Source of the DNA: Octopus sinensis
Lineage: Eukaryota
Assembly (NCBI RefSeq): GCF_006345805.1
Contig: NC_042997.1
Span: 19,406,001-19,470,000, forward strand
Direction of reading: 5' to 3'
DNA length: 64,000 nt
This document shows, in pieces, positions 38,881 to 52,471 of the stretch (within the stretch, counting starts at the first letter, position 1; the number at the start of each line of letters is the position of its first letter). The position numbers and the translations under genes were made by a program. Under the pieces are notes generated by a model. That model did no database searches and was not told the DNA's origin. It saw only the letters and a program-made list of their open reading frames with translations.

Positions 38881-38920
38881 ATATACATACATATATAAAT
38901 ATATACATACACACAGACAT

Positions 38921-39200
38921 ACTGAGACCTCCTTCGGTCATGACTGACCATGGGATTGCACCTAGGTTACCCTCCCGGGCACAAGTCCAGGCAAGGTTGT
39001 TTATGGAAGACCAGTAGTTGCCCATGTATACAGGCCTCCGCTTTCCACACCACCAGTGTTATCTACAGCGCTGAGTGAATTGGAGCAATGTGAAATAAAG
39101 TGTCTTGCTCAAGAACACAACATGCAGCCCAGTCCGGGATTCGAACTCACAACCTCGCGATCGTAAGCTCGACACTAACCACTGAGCCATGCGCCTTGAC
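38921..39200 (-). mobile_element. tRNA-derived SINE family D
   Basis: Head tggctcagtggttag...gagttcgaatccc and a gtgttcttgagcaagacactt block; related decayed heads near 6165 and 53500. Confidence 0.75.
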
Positions 39201-39202
39201 TT

Positions 39203-39204
<2 letters not shown>

Positions 39205-39233
<29 letters not shown>

Positions 39234-39784
39234 ATATATATACATGCATGTACATGTGTGCATGCAGACACACAAACTTGCATGCATTCATACATATCAT
39301 CATCATTTTGCATCCACTTGTTCATGCTAACTTTGGTTGAACACATTGTCATGTAGCAAGTCAATTACATATATTTTGCATAGTTTCTATAACTTGATTC
39401 TCTTCATATCACCATCCACTTGTAAAGCTTACCAGATTCATTTTATCATAGCACTCTCATACATCCATAGATCACAACTGGTAAACAATTGTGCTAAATT
39501 CTTTCCTACCCAATACTATTCTGCATATAAAGCATGGTCATTTTCCCAGCAGGAGTACTACGATTTTGCCTCTCTTTCCAGTTAACTGAATCTTTATATT
39601 AAATAAATATGAACAGGTTTATAGGTGTGTGTATATCCACAGACATTATGTATTTATTCACAAATGCCCACACAATTTAAAGTTGTTTATTGCAAAGAAT
39701 CTCTATGATACCTGTCTACATATATGAAATTGAGCATATATATATATATGTATCTATATATCATCGAAAAACGGACGTTAAATG

Positions 39785-39844
<60 letters not shown>

Positions 39845-40423
39845 TATGTATGTATGTACACACATATGTAAATGTGTATGTGTGTATATATATATATATA
39901 CATACATTTATATGGGTATAAATATCTACATTCATATATATGCATATACATATATATATACATATATACATACATTCATTTATATGTATATAACTATCTA
40001 CATTCATATATATGCATATGCATCTACATATATATGCATATACATATATATGCATATATATATACATATATCCATATGCAAGTGAGTGTGTGTATGTGTG
40101 TGTGCATGTGTCTTCATGTGCATACATGCAAAGACATTTCTTCAGTCTTATATGCTATATGAACAATTTTCCATTTACATATATATTTCTGTCAATAACT
40201 TTTAAAATGGCAGACTGAAAACTGATATCTTCCAGTTTATGTAATTTGTTTCAGTAAAAGACGTAATCAATATTTTTATACAAATTATTTGATATAAAGT
40301 TATTCTTCTTTTTACTATGTCACACACACACATGTATGCATGCACACACACGTGTACATACACAAGCATGCATACATTCATATATCTATTTATATACAAA
40401 AAGATTTATACACCCACTCATAG

Positions 40424-40466
<43 letters not shown>

Positions 40467-41739
40467 TACATACAAATATATATATATATATATATATATT
40501 TGTATTATATGTGCATGTATATACACACACACACACCACACACACACATATATATATAATATATATACATGCATGTACATGTGTGCATGCAGACACACAA
40601 ACTTGCATGCATTCATACATATCATCATCATTTTGCATCCACTTGTTCATGCTAACTTTGGTTGAACACATTGTCATGTAGCAAGTCAATTACATATATT
40701 TTGCATAGTTTCTATAACTTGATTCTCTTCATATCACCATCCACCTTGTAAAGCTTACCAGATTCATTTTATCATAGCACTCTCATACATCCATAGATCA
40801 CAACTGGTAAACAATTGTGCTAAATTCTTTCCTACCCAATACTATTCTGCATATAAAGCATGGTCATTTTCCCAGCAGGAGTACTACGATTTTGCCTCTC
40901 TTTCCAGTTAACTGAATCTTTATATTAAATAAATATGAACAGGTTTATAGGTGTGTGTATATCCACAGACATTATGTATTTATTCACAAATGCCCACACA
41001 ATTTAAAGTTGTTTATTGCAAAGAATCTCTATGATACCTGTCTACATATATGAAATTGAGCATATATATATATATGTATCTATATATCATCGAAAAACGG
41101 ACGTTAAATGATTATATATATATATATATATATATTTATATACACACACACACACACACATATGTATGTATGTACACACATATGTAAATCTGTATGTGTG
41201 TATATATATATATATACATACATTTATATGGGTATAAATATCTACATTCATATATATGCATATACATATATATATACATATATACATACATTCATTTATA
41301 TGTATATAACTATCTACATTCATATATATGCATATGCATCTACATATATATGCATATACATATATATGCATATATATATACATATATCCATATGCAAGTG
41401 AGTGTGTGTATGTGTGTGTGCATGTGTCTTCATGTGCATACATGCAAAGACATTTCTTCAGTCTTATATGCTATATGAACAATTTTCCATTTACATATAT
41501 ATTTCTGTCAATAACTTTTAAAATGGCAGACTGAAAACTGATATCTTCCAGTTTATGTAATTTGTTTCAGTAAAAGACGTAATCAATATTTTTATACAAA
41601 TTATTTGATATAAAGTTATTCTTCTTTTTACTATGTCACACACACACATGTATGCATGCACACACACGTGTACATACACAAGCATGCATACATTCATATA
41701 TCTATTTATATACAAAAAGATTTATACACCCACTCATAG

Positions 41740-41780
<41 letters not shown>

Positions 41781-41850
41781 TACATACAAATATATATATA
41801 TATATATATATTTGTATTATATGTGCATGTATATACACACACACACACAC
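39205..41850. repeat. Near-perfect tandem duplication of ~1.32 kb
   Basis: Offset 1325 at the start (39241 vs 40566) and 1316 later (40204 vs 41520); junctions lie in (CA)n. Confidence 0.95.
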
Positions 41851-43692
41851 ACACATGCACAAACATACATATATAGAAAGAGTGAGAGGGTTAGATAGAG
41901 ATAAACACTCACTCACACAAACACATACATATATATATATATTGATGCATTTGTATACATAGTTATATATACATAGATGCATACATATAATTTTATTTTT
42001 AGCATCAAAAGAGAGGAGAAATCAATTTATGAGAAAAACCTTCCTATATATCGTGAACTCTCTGAAGGCTACTGTAAACGCTTTTGTAACAATATTGCAA
42101 AACAAATCAATTTAACCATTTTGAAAATATCAGTATATTCGTAGATATGATGCATAAATATTTTTACTCCTCCTCCTTTTAATGGGGTGAGGACAGGCCC
42201 ATTGCAAAAGCACTCTTCAGGATATGAAATAGTTTTCTATCAGGCAATATATATTGATATCAAAGAAACAAAAATGTAATTTTACTAAAATATTACTTGT
42301 CAAAATATTCTTTCCCTGTTTCAAAGCAAACATTGATGGAAATCCTACGTTTGAACATTTCAATTGGAGTTTTGCTTTCTAAAGCAAAATTCATTAAAGG
42401 ACAAATTTGAATATCACACACAGCCACAGACAAACACACGTACACACGAATACACAAACACACAAACACAAAGGAGCAAATTGATATATATATATATATA
42501 TATATATCTTTTATCTCTTTTACTTGTTTCAGTCATTTGACTGCGGCCATGCTGGAGCACCGCCTTTAATTGAGCAACTCGACCCCGGGACTTAATTCTT
42601 TTTTAAGCCCAGTACTTATTCTATCGGTCCTTTTGCCGAACCGCTAAGTAAGGGGGACATAAACACACCAGCATCGGTTGTCAAGCAATGCTAGGGGGAC
42701 AAACAGACACACAAACACACACATGCATATATATACATATATACGACGGGCTTCTTTCAGTTTCCGTCTACCAAATCCACTCACAAGGCTTTGGTCGGCC
42801 CGAGGCTATAGCAGAAGACACTTGCCCAAGGTGCCACGCAGTAGGACTGAACCCGGAATCATGTGGTTGGTAAACAAGCTACTTACCACGTGTATAAATA
42901 TATATCTACATATGTGTGTACACACACACACACAAATTATACCAGGAGTTTCAGAGAATTATGTGACATTCGTTTGACATAGTATCCTTACAAAATTTGT
43001 AGAGATTATAAGCAGATAACCTTTTAATTCTATGGTAGCAAATTAATTTACACAGATTTAGATAAATGTAGCTTAAGTAATAGACCACTCTTTTAAAAAG
43101 AAATTTCTAGCATTCTGGCAAAAACAACCAGTACCAATCTGCACACAAAACATCAAATACATCCTACTCCCCACAGAATGCAGCTTTTGACAAAAATTAC
43201 TTCATTCACTGACTTCATTTAATGAATCACCATCAACTACACAAATTTAATTTAATAATTTGTACCTGGTTTACGTTATTGTTTCTGATTTTCATATCTG
43301 TAACATCAAATACAACAATAAAAAAAACAATATAGAGATTGGATTCAATCAGAATTTCGAACAATAATTTTAGTCTTGCTGTCTTTTCTTCCATAATTCT
43401 TATCATGTTCCTCATGGAGCATCTCTTTTCTTTAATAATCTTACGTAGTGCTTTCTGCTTCATGATAAATTGAATAACATCTACTGACAATGTAAGCTCA
43501 GTTGTTCACTATTACAGTGTCAGCCCAAAGTTGATAATATAAACCTATCATTATACTAGTCATTTCTAAAAGATAAATAGCATAGCGACCTATACGTAAT
43601 GTCTGGTATTTTACTGAATGTTATTCATTAATTTTCGTTTTGGGATTTGGTTTGCAAGATTCTTTATATGAGTTCGTGTGTTGAAGCATATT

Positions 43693-43965
43693 CTGTTGTG
43701 TCTAGGGAGAGTCATTTTCTTTATGTGCCTTATAATGTAACACACTCACAGGTAAATTTTCCACTTATTTCTTATTTTTATTTTCCTGAAATTTTCGTTG
43801 CATCTTGCAACCTTTTCAATAGTATTGAGAGTCAAGACTATTTAAAAGGTTGCAAGACGCAACGAAAATTTTAGGAAAATAAAAATAAGAAATAAGTGGA
43901 AATTTTACTGGTGAGTGTTACATTATAAGGCACAAAAAGAAAATGACTCTCCCCAGACACAGCAG
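43693..43965. repeat. Fold-back palindrome with ~130 bp arms and a 13 nt loop
   Basis: Arms 43693-43823 and 43837-43965. Confidence 0.95.
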
Positions 43966-45449
43966 ATTATTCATTACTATTTGACTAATTATAAGCCCAA
44001 AACCTTTTGACGGCGGTCTCTGAGTTTTGCACCGCTTGTCAGCAGCCATTTCAAAACATCAGTATTTTGACATTTAATTTGTTGGGAGTTATACGGAAGT
44101 AGGTCTGTTTAAGAATCAGTGCAGTATCTTTATTGAACTATGAACATACTATCTAAATGTTGAAGCTAACATTTTGTCATCTCAGTCATTGTTCAGTCTT
44201 TCATTTTTAAGATGAATTAAAAGTCTTTTCCCTATATTTCTCTCACTTTGTCTCTTTCAAACACATTATAATTGAGCTAAACATTCAGTGGGCTTGTCTT
44301 GTCCTTGGAGCACAACATGAAAAATACTATATTTGCAGCAATCTATTGCTGTGTAATTGAATATTTATGCATGCCCTGGAAAATGCAATCTGTGATTGCT
44401 ATTTTGGTGGATTTTTTTACTTCTTTCTTGTTAGAAAGTGACAAAATATGAAATGTTCATTAAGTATAAAGGATTTATGCAGAAGTCATGGTCCTTGGAA
44501 AGCAATGCGTATCGAGCTATTCATAAATACATCTGAAATAACTTATGTTGACGGTGACTGGTTTCCAATAGAGATTGCTGCAAGCAAAGTTGTCTATTAA
44601 GTAAAGAAATAAGTGAAGTTTCACAAAGTTCTATATAATTCCCTTCTTTTCATGTATTTTACTTTATGGTTGTTATTTATTTATTTTTTTGTCTTCTCTT
44701 TATAAAGCCTTGCTGTAACATGGCAAAGATAAATTGTCCTTTTCCTCTATGATTTTTTTTCCTTTCTAGTATGAATCTTCTACAAAAGATAATGTTATTA
44801 TTTAACAGCCAAAGCCTATCAATCATATCTAATGTGATTCACTATGATGAGACAAACAGCATCAACAGCAACAACAACATTGTAGGCACCACCATGGCAA
44901 TCTACAGCAACCAACGATAGTTCAGCATCTCCTTGTACATTTCCAATTCATGGTCACATTGCAAAAATGTCTGGTCACTGTAGAAGTAGAATTACTTAAA
45001 CAGCTTGCCAGATTTCCTTTGGCCAGCAGGAGAGCATTCATAAGAGCCTTCTATATTGCTAACAATAACACTAGTGGAAATGTCATTTAGCAGAATTTAT
45101 ATTCAAGAGAATACCCCAAGGACAAACTAATATTGGAAGAATTTTGTAGAAAGAATGCACTCTGACCAGAGCCTGGTCAAAACAAAACCATTGTAAAGGA
45201 GGCAATAAGGAAATGGGAACATACAAAATATAAGAATGAAAAGAAAGTAATATGAATGTAAGAATATTGATATGGCAAAACAAGGTTAAAAAGAGAGTGA
45301 GATAAAGAAAATGAAAGGAATGGGAAAATAATGAGAAAGAAATCACAAGAGTGAGAAATGGTCATAGAAGTTTTCGCCACTAGCAATACCGATTCTTTAG
45401 TGGCTCTGATCTCAAAGACTGACAATTGCTCATAAATTTTCCCTTACAG

Positions 45450-45536
45450 AATACTTCATTCGGGGAATGTGTTTCAAGAGTTAATTACTCATGGACACTT
45501 AGATAAAAACAAAATTACCCATGTAGATAAAAGATG
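45450..45536 (+). CDS. Candidate exon: ILHSGNVFQELITHGHLDKNKITHVDKR
   Basis: Strong acceptor aattttcccttacag, strong donor ATG|gtaagc, 87 nt open, phase 2 to 2. Confidence 0.65.
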
Positions 45537-46747
45537 GTAAGCCGAAAACATTATGAACACCCAGAAGAAACATAAAAATAAAAGACACCATGAAGTAGCT
45601 ACAAGTCAGAAGTACAATTTTTTTTTCTTTTCTTTCAGCAAAATAAATTTACTGAAAATAAGATTCCCTTACACTATGCTTCAAATGAAGAGTTACAATT
45701 ATTATTTTAATTTAGCATGTGCATTTAATTTACTAGCTTTAGATTTATCTGAAATTCTCAAAAATAAGCTTATAGTCTAAGAAACAGTGGCATGCCATGT
45801 GGATTTTTAAAATGTTTAAATAAAATGATGTGTCATATTTCTTTCAGTCCCTTATGCTCTGTGTTCAAATCTCACTGGGATCAACTTTTCTTTTCGTCTT
45901 CCAGTGTTGAGTCAAGTACTAATCAGATAATGGAGTCTATGAAAATGCAGGTCTTATGCCTAAATCAGAAACGGATTTTTTATTAATGGATAAGTCAGAA
46001 AAGGAAAGACGATGCTCATTATAATTTGGTTGATGGGAGGAAAGAAAGAAAATAATCCTCAGACTGAAACAAGGAATGAATACTTGCAACAAAGTGGACC
46101 CTTCTAAAGTCAGTCAAGAGCTAGATGGTAGTGTTAAACTATAATGGATTAAATCAACCATCCATTTTCCAAAGATATCAAATAATAATTAAAACTACAA
46201 GAAATATTTGTGAATATAGAGATGCAGGAATAATTCTGTGGTAGTTCTGGGTTCAATCTCACTGATCATCACCTTGGAGGAAAACATCTACTACTCCATG
46301 TATACATGATTTAGTGATGCAGATTTCTATTGTTGGATGCTTTTTCTGTCGCCAACTCAGACGTATTTTCAAATAAATAATTTTCTTTTGTCTCAACATG
46401 GAGGAGTAGATATAAAAAGGCACTACTGATGATGATGAAGATGCTGATGGTTATATACATACACACATGCATGTGCACATGAATGCACACACAATTGTAC
46501 ACACACACACACAATATATATATAGGTGTAACATATATAACATGTTAACGAGTCATTACAGCAAGATGCTGTTTCTGATACTAGCTATTCTCTGCTGCTC
46601 AAGTGAGAGATCTATTGTTCCACACATCAGCAAAAACTGAGTCCGAATGGAGAGGGCAAACAACTGAAAGGGGAAGTGCCAAAAATAGAACAACACTGCT
46701 CAAACATCAGACACACAAATATAAATACAAACATGCACGCATGTATA

Positions 46748-47465
46748 TCATCATCATCATCATTTAACGTCCGCCTTCCATGCTAGCATGGGTTGGACGG
46801 TTCAACTGGGGGTCTGTGAAGCCAGAAGGCTGCTTTAGGCCCAGTCTGATCTGGCAGTGTTTCTGGAGAAGGGTCTGGAAGCTTAAATACCCTGCGAATG
46901 GACAGAGATTTAGAGACATGTTACTTGAAGCCTTTAACGAAATAGAAGGGGGTATAGCTACACATGGGGTAGAAGACAACTGGACGCTTCTAAGGGACAA
47001 CCTGCTGAAAGCCACTGACTAGATCTGTGGCTGGTGCAAAGTCCCCTCAAGACCCAAAATAACGTGGTGGTGGAACAATATTGTTGACAGGGCTATTAGA
47101 CAAAAGAAACAGGCTTGGAAGGACTGGAAGAACGCGGTGGTAGCAGGGAAGTGTTTCAGACTGCCAGAAGGGAAGCTAGGAGGCAGGTGTATTTAGCCAG
47201 AGGGGAAGCAGATAAGAAAAAATTTGCCAATGTTCTGTGCCGTGAGGATGAAAGACTTGAGGTATTTCGTGTGTGAGAGAGAATCGTGAAGTGGTAGGAG
47301 AGAAATGTGTTCGCAAGGATGACGGTTCACTTGCGCTAAATGAGGATGCAAAGAGAGAGGTTTGGAGACGCCACTATGAAAGGTTGCTGAATGAGGAAAA
47401 TGAATGGGATAAAGAGAGTCTACCGAATGTAGACCCAACAGAGGGACCAGCAATCCGAGTTGACA
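46748..47465. mobile_element. RTE 3' end (-) fused to an internal RTE ORF segment (+)
   Basis: Tail at 46748-46864; WKLK...NWTLLRDNLL...KITWWWNN...LPNVDPTEGP at 46864-47465. Confidence 0.85.
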
Positions 47466-48769
47466 GTTACTTACAAGCAATATTTGCAAAGAGTTCAAAT
47501 ACAAGTGGCATTTTCCTTGTTTCTACCCGTTTCTGTCTCTCTTGTTTACTCTTGTGGGTTTGAGGTTGTTGCGAATTCTTGGTAGGGAAGAGCTTCTTCT
47601 TCTTCCCTAAGTTACGGAGATGTAAACACACCAGCATCAGTTGTCAAGTGATGTTGGGGGACAATCACAGACACACAAACATATGCACACACACACACAC
47701 ACGCATATATATATACACGATGGGCTTCCTCCAGTTTCTGTCTACCAAATCCACTCACAAGGCTTTGGCCGGCCCTAGGCTATAATAGAAGACACTTGCC
47801 CAAGGTGCTATGCAGTGGGACTGAAGCTGGAACCATGCAGTTCGTAAGCAAGTTACTTACCACACAGCCACTCCTACGCCTATGTAGACAAACATTTATT
47901 CAAGTACCTAGGGAGGACACAGAATTCATTAATTATAAGAATTTTATGATGTTTTAATCCTTGGAAACTGACTCAGCCTGAAAAGAACATTAAAAGAAAT
48001 ATTGGAATATTTAATTCTTATTCAATTAAGTTTTCTAAGCAAATTTTCCATCAACTCATTAAACTCATAATGTTGACAAACAGAGGACATTATTTTCATT
48101 ATGCTTATATTCGGCTAAGAGAGGTTAAATGTCCCTGAAAATAAGATTTAGAAATTGATTGGTTCAAGAAATAGGTTATGCTTAATGTCAATTTAGCAAT
48201 CCCAAGAGAAGAAGGTTTTGTGAATGGAATTTAAATCATTAAAGTAAACTCAACAAATCTTAAGAATTTTTCGATGAATATATTATTTAAGAACAATAAC
48301 ATTCACAAAATATTTGATTATTTTCCTGTGGGACTTTCTGAGCAAAAGTAAAACATAAAGAAATAAGAAGATAAAAAGATTTTCTATTATTAAACACATT
48401 ACAGGAAAATCCAACATTTAGAATTATTGATGAGTAGTATACTAAGAACTGTATTTGCATATATGAGGAAGATATATTAAATCCAAGTTGCTTTGGGAGG
48501 AATATAACAAGTGTTTCATTGGCTGTGCTTGGAATTAAATATTTCACTACAAAACTAGCAGCTACAGATGTTGAAGTAAGATTATGTGATTTGGTTAAAG
48601 GTTTATATTTTTAACAATATGTGTCTGATTAACGATGTGTTTTTTTGTTTAAAGAAATGCAGTTTACAAAACCGAAAGTTTCAATGTGAAGAAAGTATAG
48701 AACCATAGATAGAAAAAAAACCATGATAGACAAAAAATACTGTACATATTCATTTGTACTTCATTGCAG

Positions 48770-48813
48770 GTATTCTTTTGAGGATTTACTTTACAACTCA
48801 GCAATGAAGAAAA
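48770..48813 (+). CDS. Candidate exon: (W)YSFEDLLYNSAMKK
   Basis: Acceptor tttgtacttcattgcag, donor AAA|gtaaaa; TG+G across the junction with 45450-45536 gives Trp. Confidence 0.5.
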
Positions 48814-50079
48814 GTAAAAATTAATCAAAAATAAACTAGCAATAAATTATTTAGAAACATGTATTTTGTTATCCAAATATTAGGCATATACTTTTTATTC
48901 TTTAAAGAAAATATAATATCCAACATTTGGACAATGTAATATTGCTTAGAGAAATCACTGAAACTGATTAACAGAAAAATGAAACTAATGAATAGAAAAG
49001 TGAAACTGCTTCATCAAATATCTAAAATTGAAGGATGAAGCTAGTTCTATTCTTTGGTTAATTATATTAGCTTTAGTTTTAGCAACAGAAAAGAATCAAA
49101 CTTTGATGGCAGTTTTCTGGCAATGCTATGACCATGATGTCAAAAAAAAAAAGCTAAAGAACTTTGTTGTATTTATAGAAACACAAAGACATTTTTGTTT
49201 CATAAAATTTCCTGATGTAAATATTTCACCATTCTATAAACAATTAATATTTATGATAAAGTTTTAACTATGTTAGATGTGTGTTTAAGCACAAGAAAGG
49301 CCATCAGAAATTTTAATGTTAAGCATTTCAAGTTTGTGAAAGTTTCAGCTGAAGCTTTTATCAGAAAGGCATGTGTAGTGTTATAGATATATTAGAATCA
49401 TTTCAGTTTTTTATTTATTGGTTCAGAAATGTAACAGTGGATCCAAAGCCAACCCAGTATATTTTCCCTTCCTCTCAGCATTCCTGTTCTGCCTTATCTA
49501 CCAAACCATTTTACTACCATTCTTCCTCTCCAAAATTTCAAATGAAATATCTTGAAGCAGAATACCCAACTCTTTCAAATAGAATGCAAAAAATATGTAA
49601 AACATGATTATCAAGTTCATACATCTAATACAATTATGAAAAGAAACCTTCCAACCTAACCAAATAAGATATTGAATAGCAAAATATTTTGTTACATTCA
49701 ACAATTTTTTTTATTAATCAGATAATATTGTTATATATTTTCTTTTGAAAAATTGCATAATTTATCCAGCTTTCTAAAAAATCATTATACATTTAAAAGA
49801 ATACTAAAAATTTTGCTATTCAAATGTTAAAAAATAACTTAGAATTAAAATCATGGTAACTTAGAAAAATTCTTTTAGTGTTATTCTGTATAACATACTT
49901 CAGTCTGAGATACACTGAAACATATCATATATCTATATGTAAGTATATGTGAGTGCATAGGTATATTAACCAATTAGGCTACTGTTACTGCCTCTCCCAT
50001 ACAGCAGATAATATTAGTTAATGTATTTACCCAATCAAACCTAATATTATCCTGTAACAACAAATTATTTAAACTCTTC

Positions 50080-50290
50080 ATATTGGTTTCAAATTTTGGC
50101 ACAATGCCAGCAATTTGGGGGCAGGGGTCAAGTCAATTACATCTACCCCAGTGCTCAATTGTGCTTATCTTATCGGCCCCAAAAGGATAGAAGGCGAAGT
50201 TGACCTTGGGGGTCATTCAAACCCAGAATGTAAAGACTGATGAAATGCTGCCAGGCATTTTGCCCGGCATGCTAACGATTCTCCCACCTT
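50080..50290 (-). mobile_element. SINE C
   Basis: Family C core on the - strand. Confidence 0.75.
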
Positions 50291-51274
50291 TCAGACACTT
50301 CATATTAATGAAACCCCATTCAGAAGGAATCAGACTGTAATTCACCCAACTGTCCATTTGATAATTGGAAAAGTATCTTAAGTATGCAAAGTTGAGGAAG
50401 TGATTAAGTCTGATCTGAGAATATAGGATTTAACAGTGATGACACAAGATCAAGGTGAATGACTATACAATGTATTCTAGACTTACCCAGCCCATACCAT
50501 CATAGAATATTGGATGCAGGAACAATGGTGGTGAAGACATACTCCACTGGTCAATTTTTATATAAAACAGAGCAATCAACCAGGATGGAAGTTGTGCTTT
50601 GTACTTCTTCGTTAAGAACAACAAGGTTGAAATTATATTCAAAAGAATTAAAATATATTCACATTTTACACAAAAAAGTACTTCAACAAATCTTGGAGGC
50701 TGTGAAATGAAGCATATAAAAAGTGAGAACCAGTGACTATTCAATCATGCATAGAGGAAGTACAACTTGAAGACATTACCAGTTCCCATTTGAACAATAT
50801 ACATCAAACACTTTCAATCTATTAAAAGATTTCATTTTAGAGACATTATTTTAGAGAGAAATAATATGTTTTCTTGTTAAGCTATTTGGTTTTAAGGAGT
50901 TTTCAAAAGAGACTCCAATTACAAGCTTGTAATGTCTGATTTACGTGAGCTTTTCTTTGCATAACAGAGAAAAAGGACATTAAATTTATGCAAAGTTGAA
51001 AACTAGTTTCTATGTGAGAAATTTAGGTTGAAGGGTATTTAAAATGAGTGAAATATTGGTCTGGTTTTGTTTCACTGTAGAAATTAATGGTTTCTTTTTT
51101 TAAAAAAAAGAATAAAATATTTTGTAAAACGAAAGTGAAGTAAAAATGATTAAGTTTGAAAGAAAGAAAATTGTTAATAAAACTATATTTATGCTAGTAG
51201 TAAAAATGGCAGCTAAAAATAAGAAACTGTAATTTCATGGAGCATCTATGTAACATGTTAGTATATTTAATGGA

Positions 51275-51965
51275 ATCATCATCATCGTCATCGTTTAACG
51301 TCTGCTTTCTATGCTGTCACGGATTGGATGGTTTGACTGAGGGCTGGCAGGCCAGAAGGCTGCACCAGGCTCCAATCTGATCTGGCAAAGTTTCTACAAC
51401 TGGATGCCCTTCCTAACGCCAACCACTGCGAGTGTAGCAGGTGCCTTTTACATGTCATCGACATGAGGGCCAGTCAGATGGTACTGGCATCGACCACACT
51501 TGAAAGGTGCTTTTTATGTGTCACCGGCACAGGATCCAGTCTGGCGGCACTGGCAACGACCACTCAAATGGTGCCTTTTACATGCCACTAGCATGGGTGC
51601 CAATCAGACAGTACTGTCATCCTTTCAGGGTCAATTAAATAAGTATCAGCTGAGTATTAGGGTCGATGTAATTGATTTAATCCCTTCCCTCAAATATCAA
51701 GCTTGTGCCTACAGTTGAAAGGATTATTATTATTATTATGGTGACTAAGGCTGCAAACTGGCAGAACTGTTAATATACTGAACAAAATGCTTAGCAGCAT
51801 TTCCTATGGTTGTACATTCAGAGTTCAAATTCTACTGAGGCCACCTTTGCCTTTTATTCTTTCAAAGGCAATAAAATAAATATCAGTTGAGTACCAGTGT
51901 TGATATAATAGACTAGCCCCTTCCTGCAAAATTTCAGGCCTTGTGCCTATAGTAGAAAGTATTAT
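51275..51965. mobile_element. RTE 3' end (-) followed by two SINE C pieces (+)
   Basis: RTE at 51275-51620; SINE C at 51620-51720 and 51745-51965. Confidence 0.75.
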
Positions 51966-52015
51966 TAATCTGGTGACTTTTGCAGGATTATAAATTAGGA
52001 AAGATTATCATTCAT

Positions 52016-52314
52016 CACCGTGACCGACCAGGCTATCAGATGTTACACATCGCTGGTCACAATGCGCTTCACATTGTTTTAGCCTTCAAATGACGCCACC
52101 CTGCTGGCTAAGCAAGCAGGCCAACAGAAGAAAGAGTGAGAGAAAGTTGTGGCGAAAGAGTACAGCAGGGATCGCCACCACCCCCTGCCATAGCCTCGTG
52201 GAGCTTTAGGTGTTTTCGCTCAATAAACACTCACAACGCCCGGTCTGAGAATCGAAACCGCGATCCTACGACCGCGAGTCCGCTGCCCTAACCACTAGGC
52301 CATTGTGCCTCCAC
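52016..52314 (-). mobile_element. SINE family A variant with a different 3' tail
   Basis: 12 bp TSD attatcattcat at 52004-52015 and 52315-52326. Confidence 0.9.
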
Positions 52315-52471
52315 ATTATCATTCATATATATTGTAATTCAGTACACTGTTATTGAATCATTGTCATGATTGACATTATCTTCATCATCATTGTTAACAT
52401 CACCTTTTTATCATCATTATCAGCCTATTTGCAATACTTTCATAGTTTAGAGGGTTTTTCTCTGTCTAGTA

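Noticed and set aside
2381-39200. tRNA-like heads as tRNA genes
   Set aside because: They run into SINE bodies with tails and TSDs; no complete cloverleaf was evident.
12211-41982. Dozens of Y/I/C/V/H/M-rich ORFs in the ORF track
   Set aside because: They are translations of stop-free TA/CA/TG microsatellites.
45000-45400. Purine-rich stretch resembling a decayed LINE ORF
   Set aside because: No diagnostic motif recovered.
28134-45536. Faint resemblance of the candidate peptides to CatSper auxiliary subunits
   Set aside because: Only a few scattered residues from memory; not enough to name the gene without a profile search.
12639-49607. Further exon-like segments near 12639, 12939, 21547, 33750, 37126, 48405 and 49427
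   Set aside because: Only one good splice site each, or ambiguous frame; expected by chance in AT-rich DNA.
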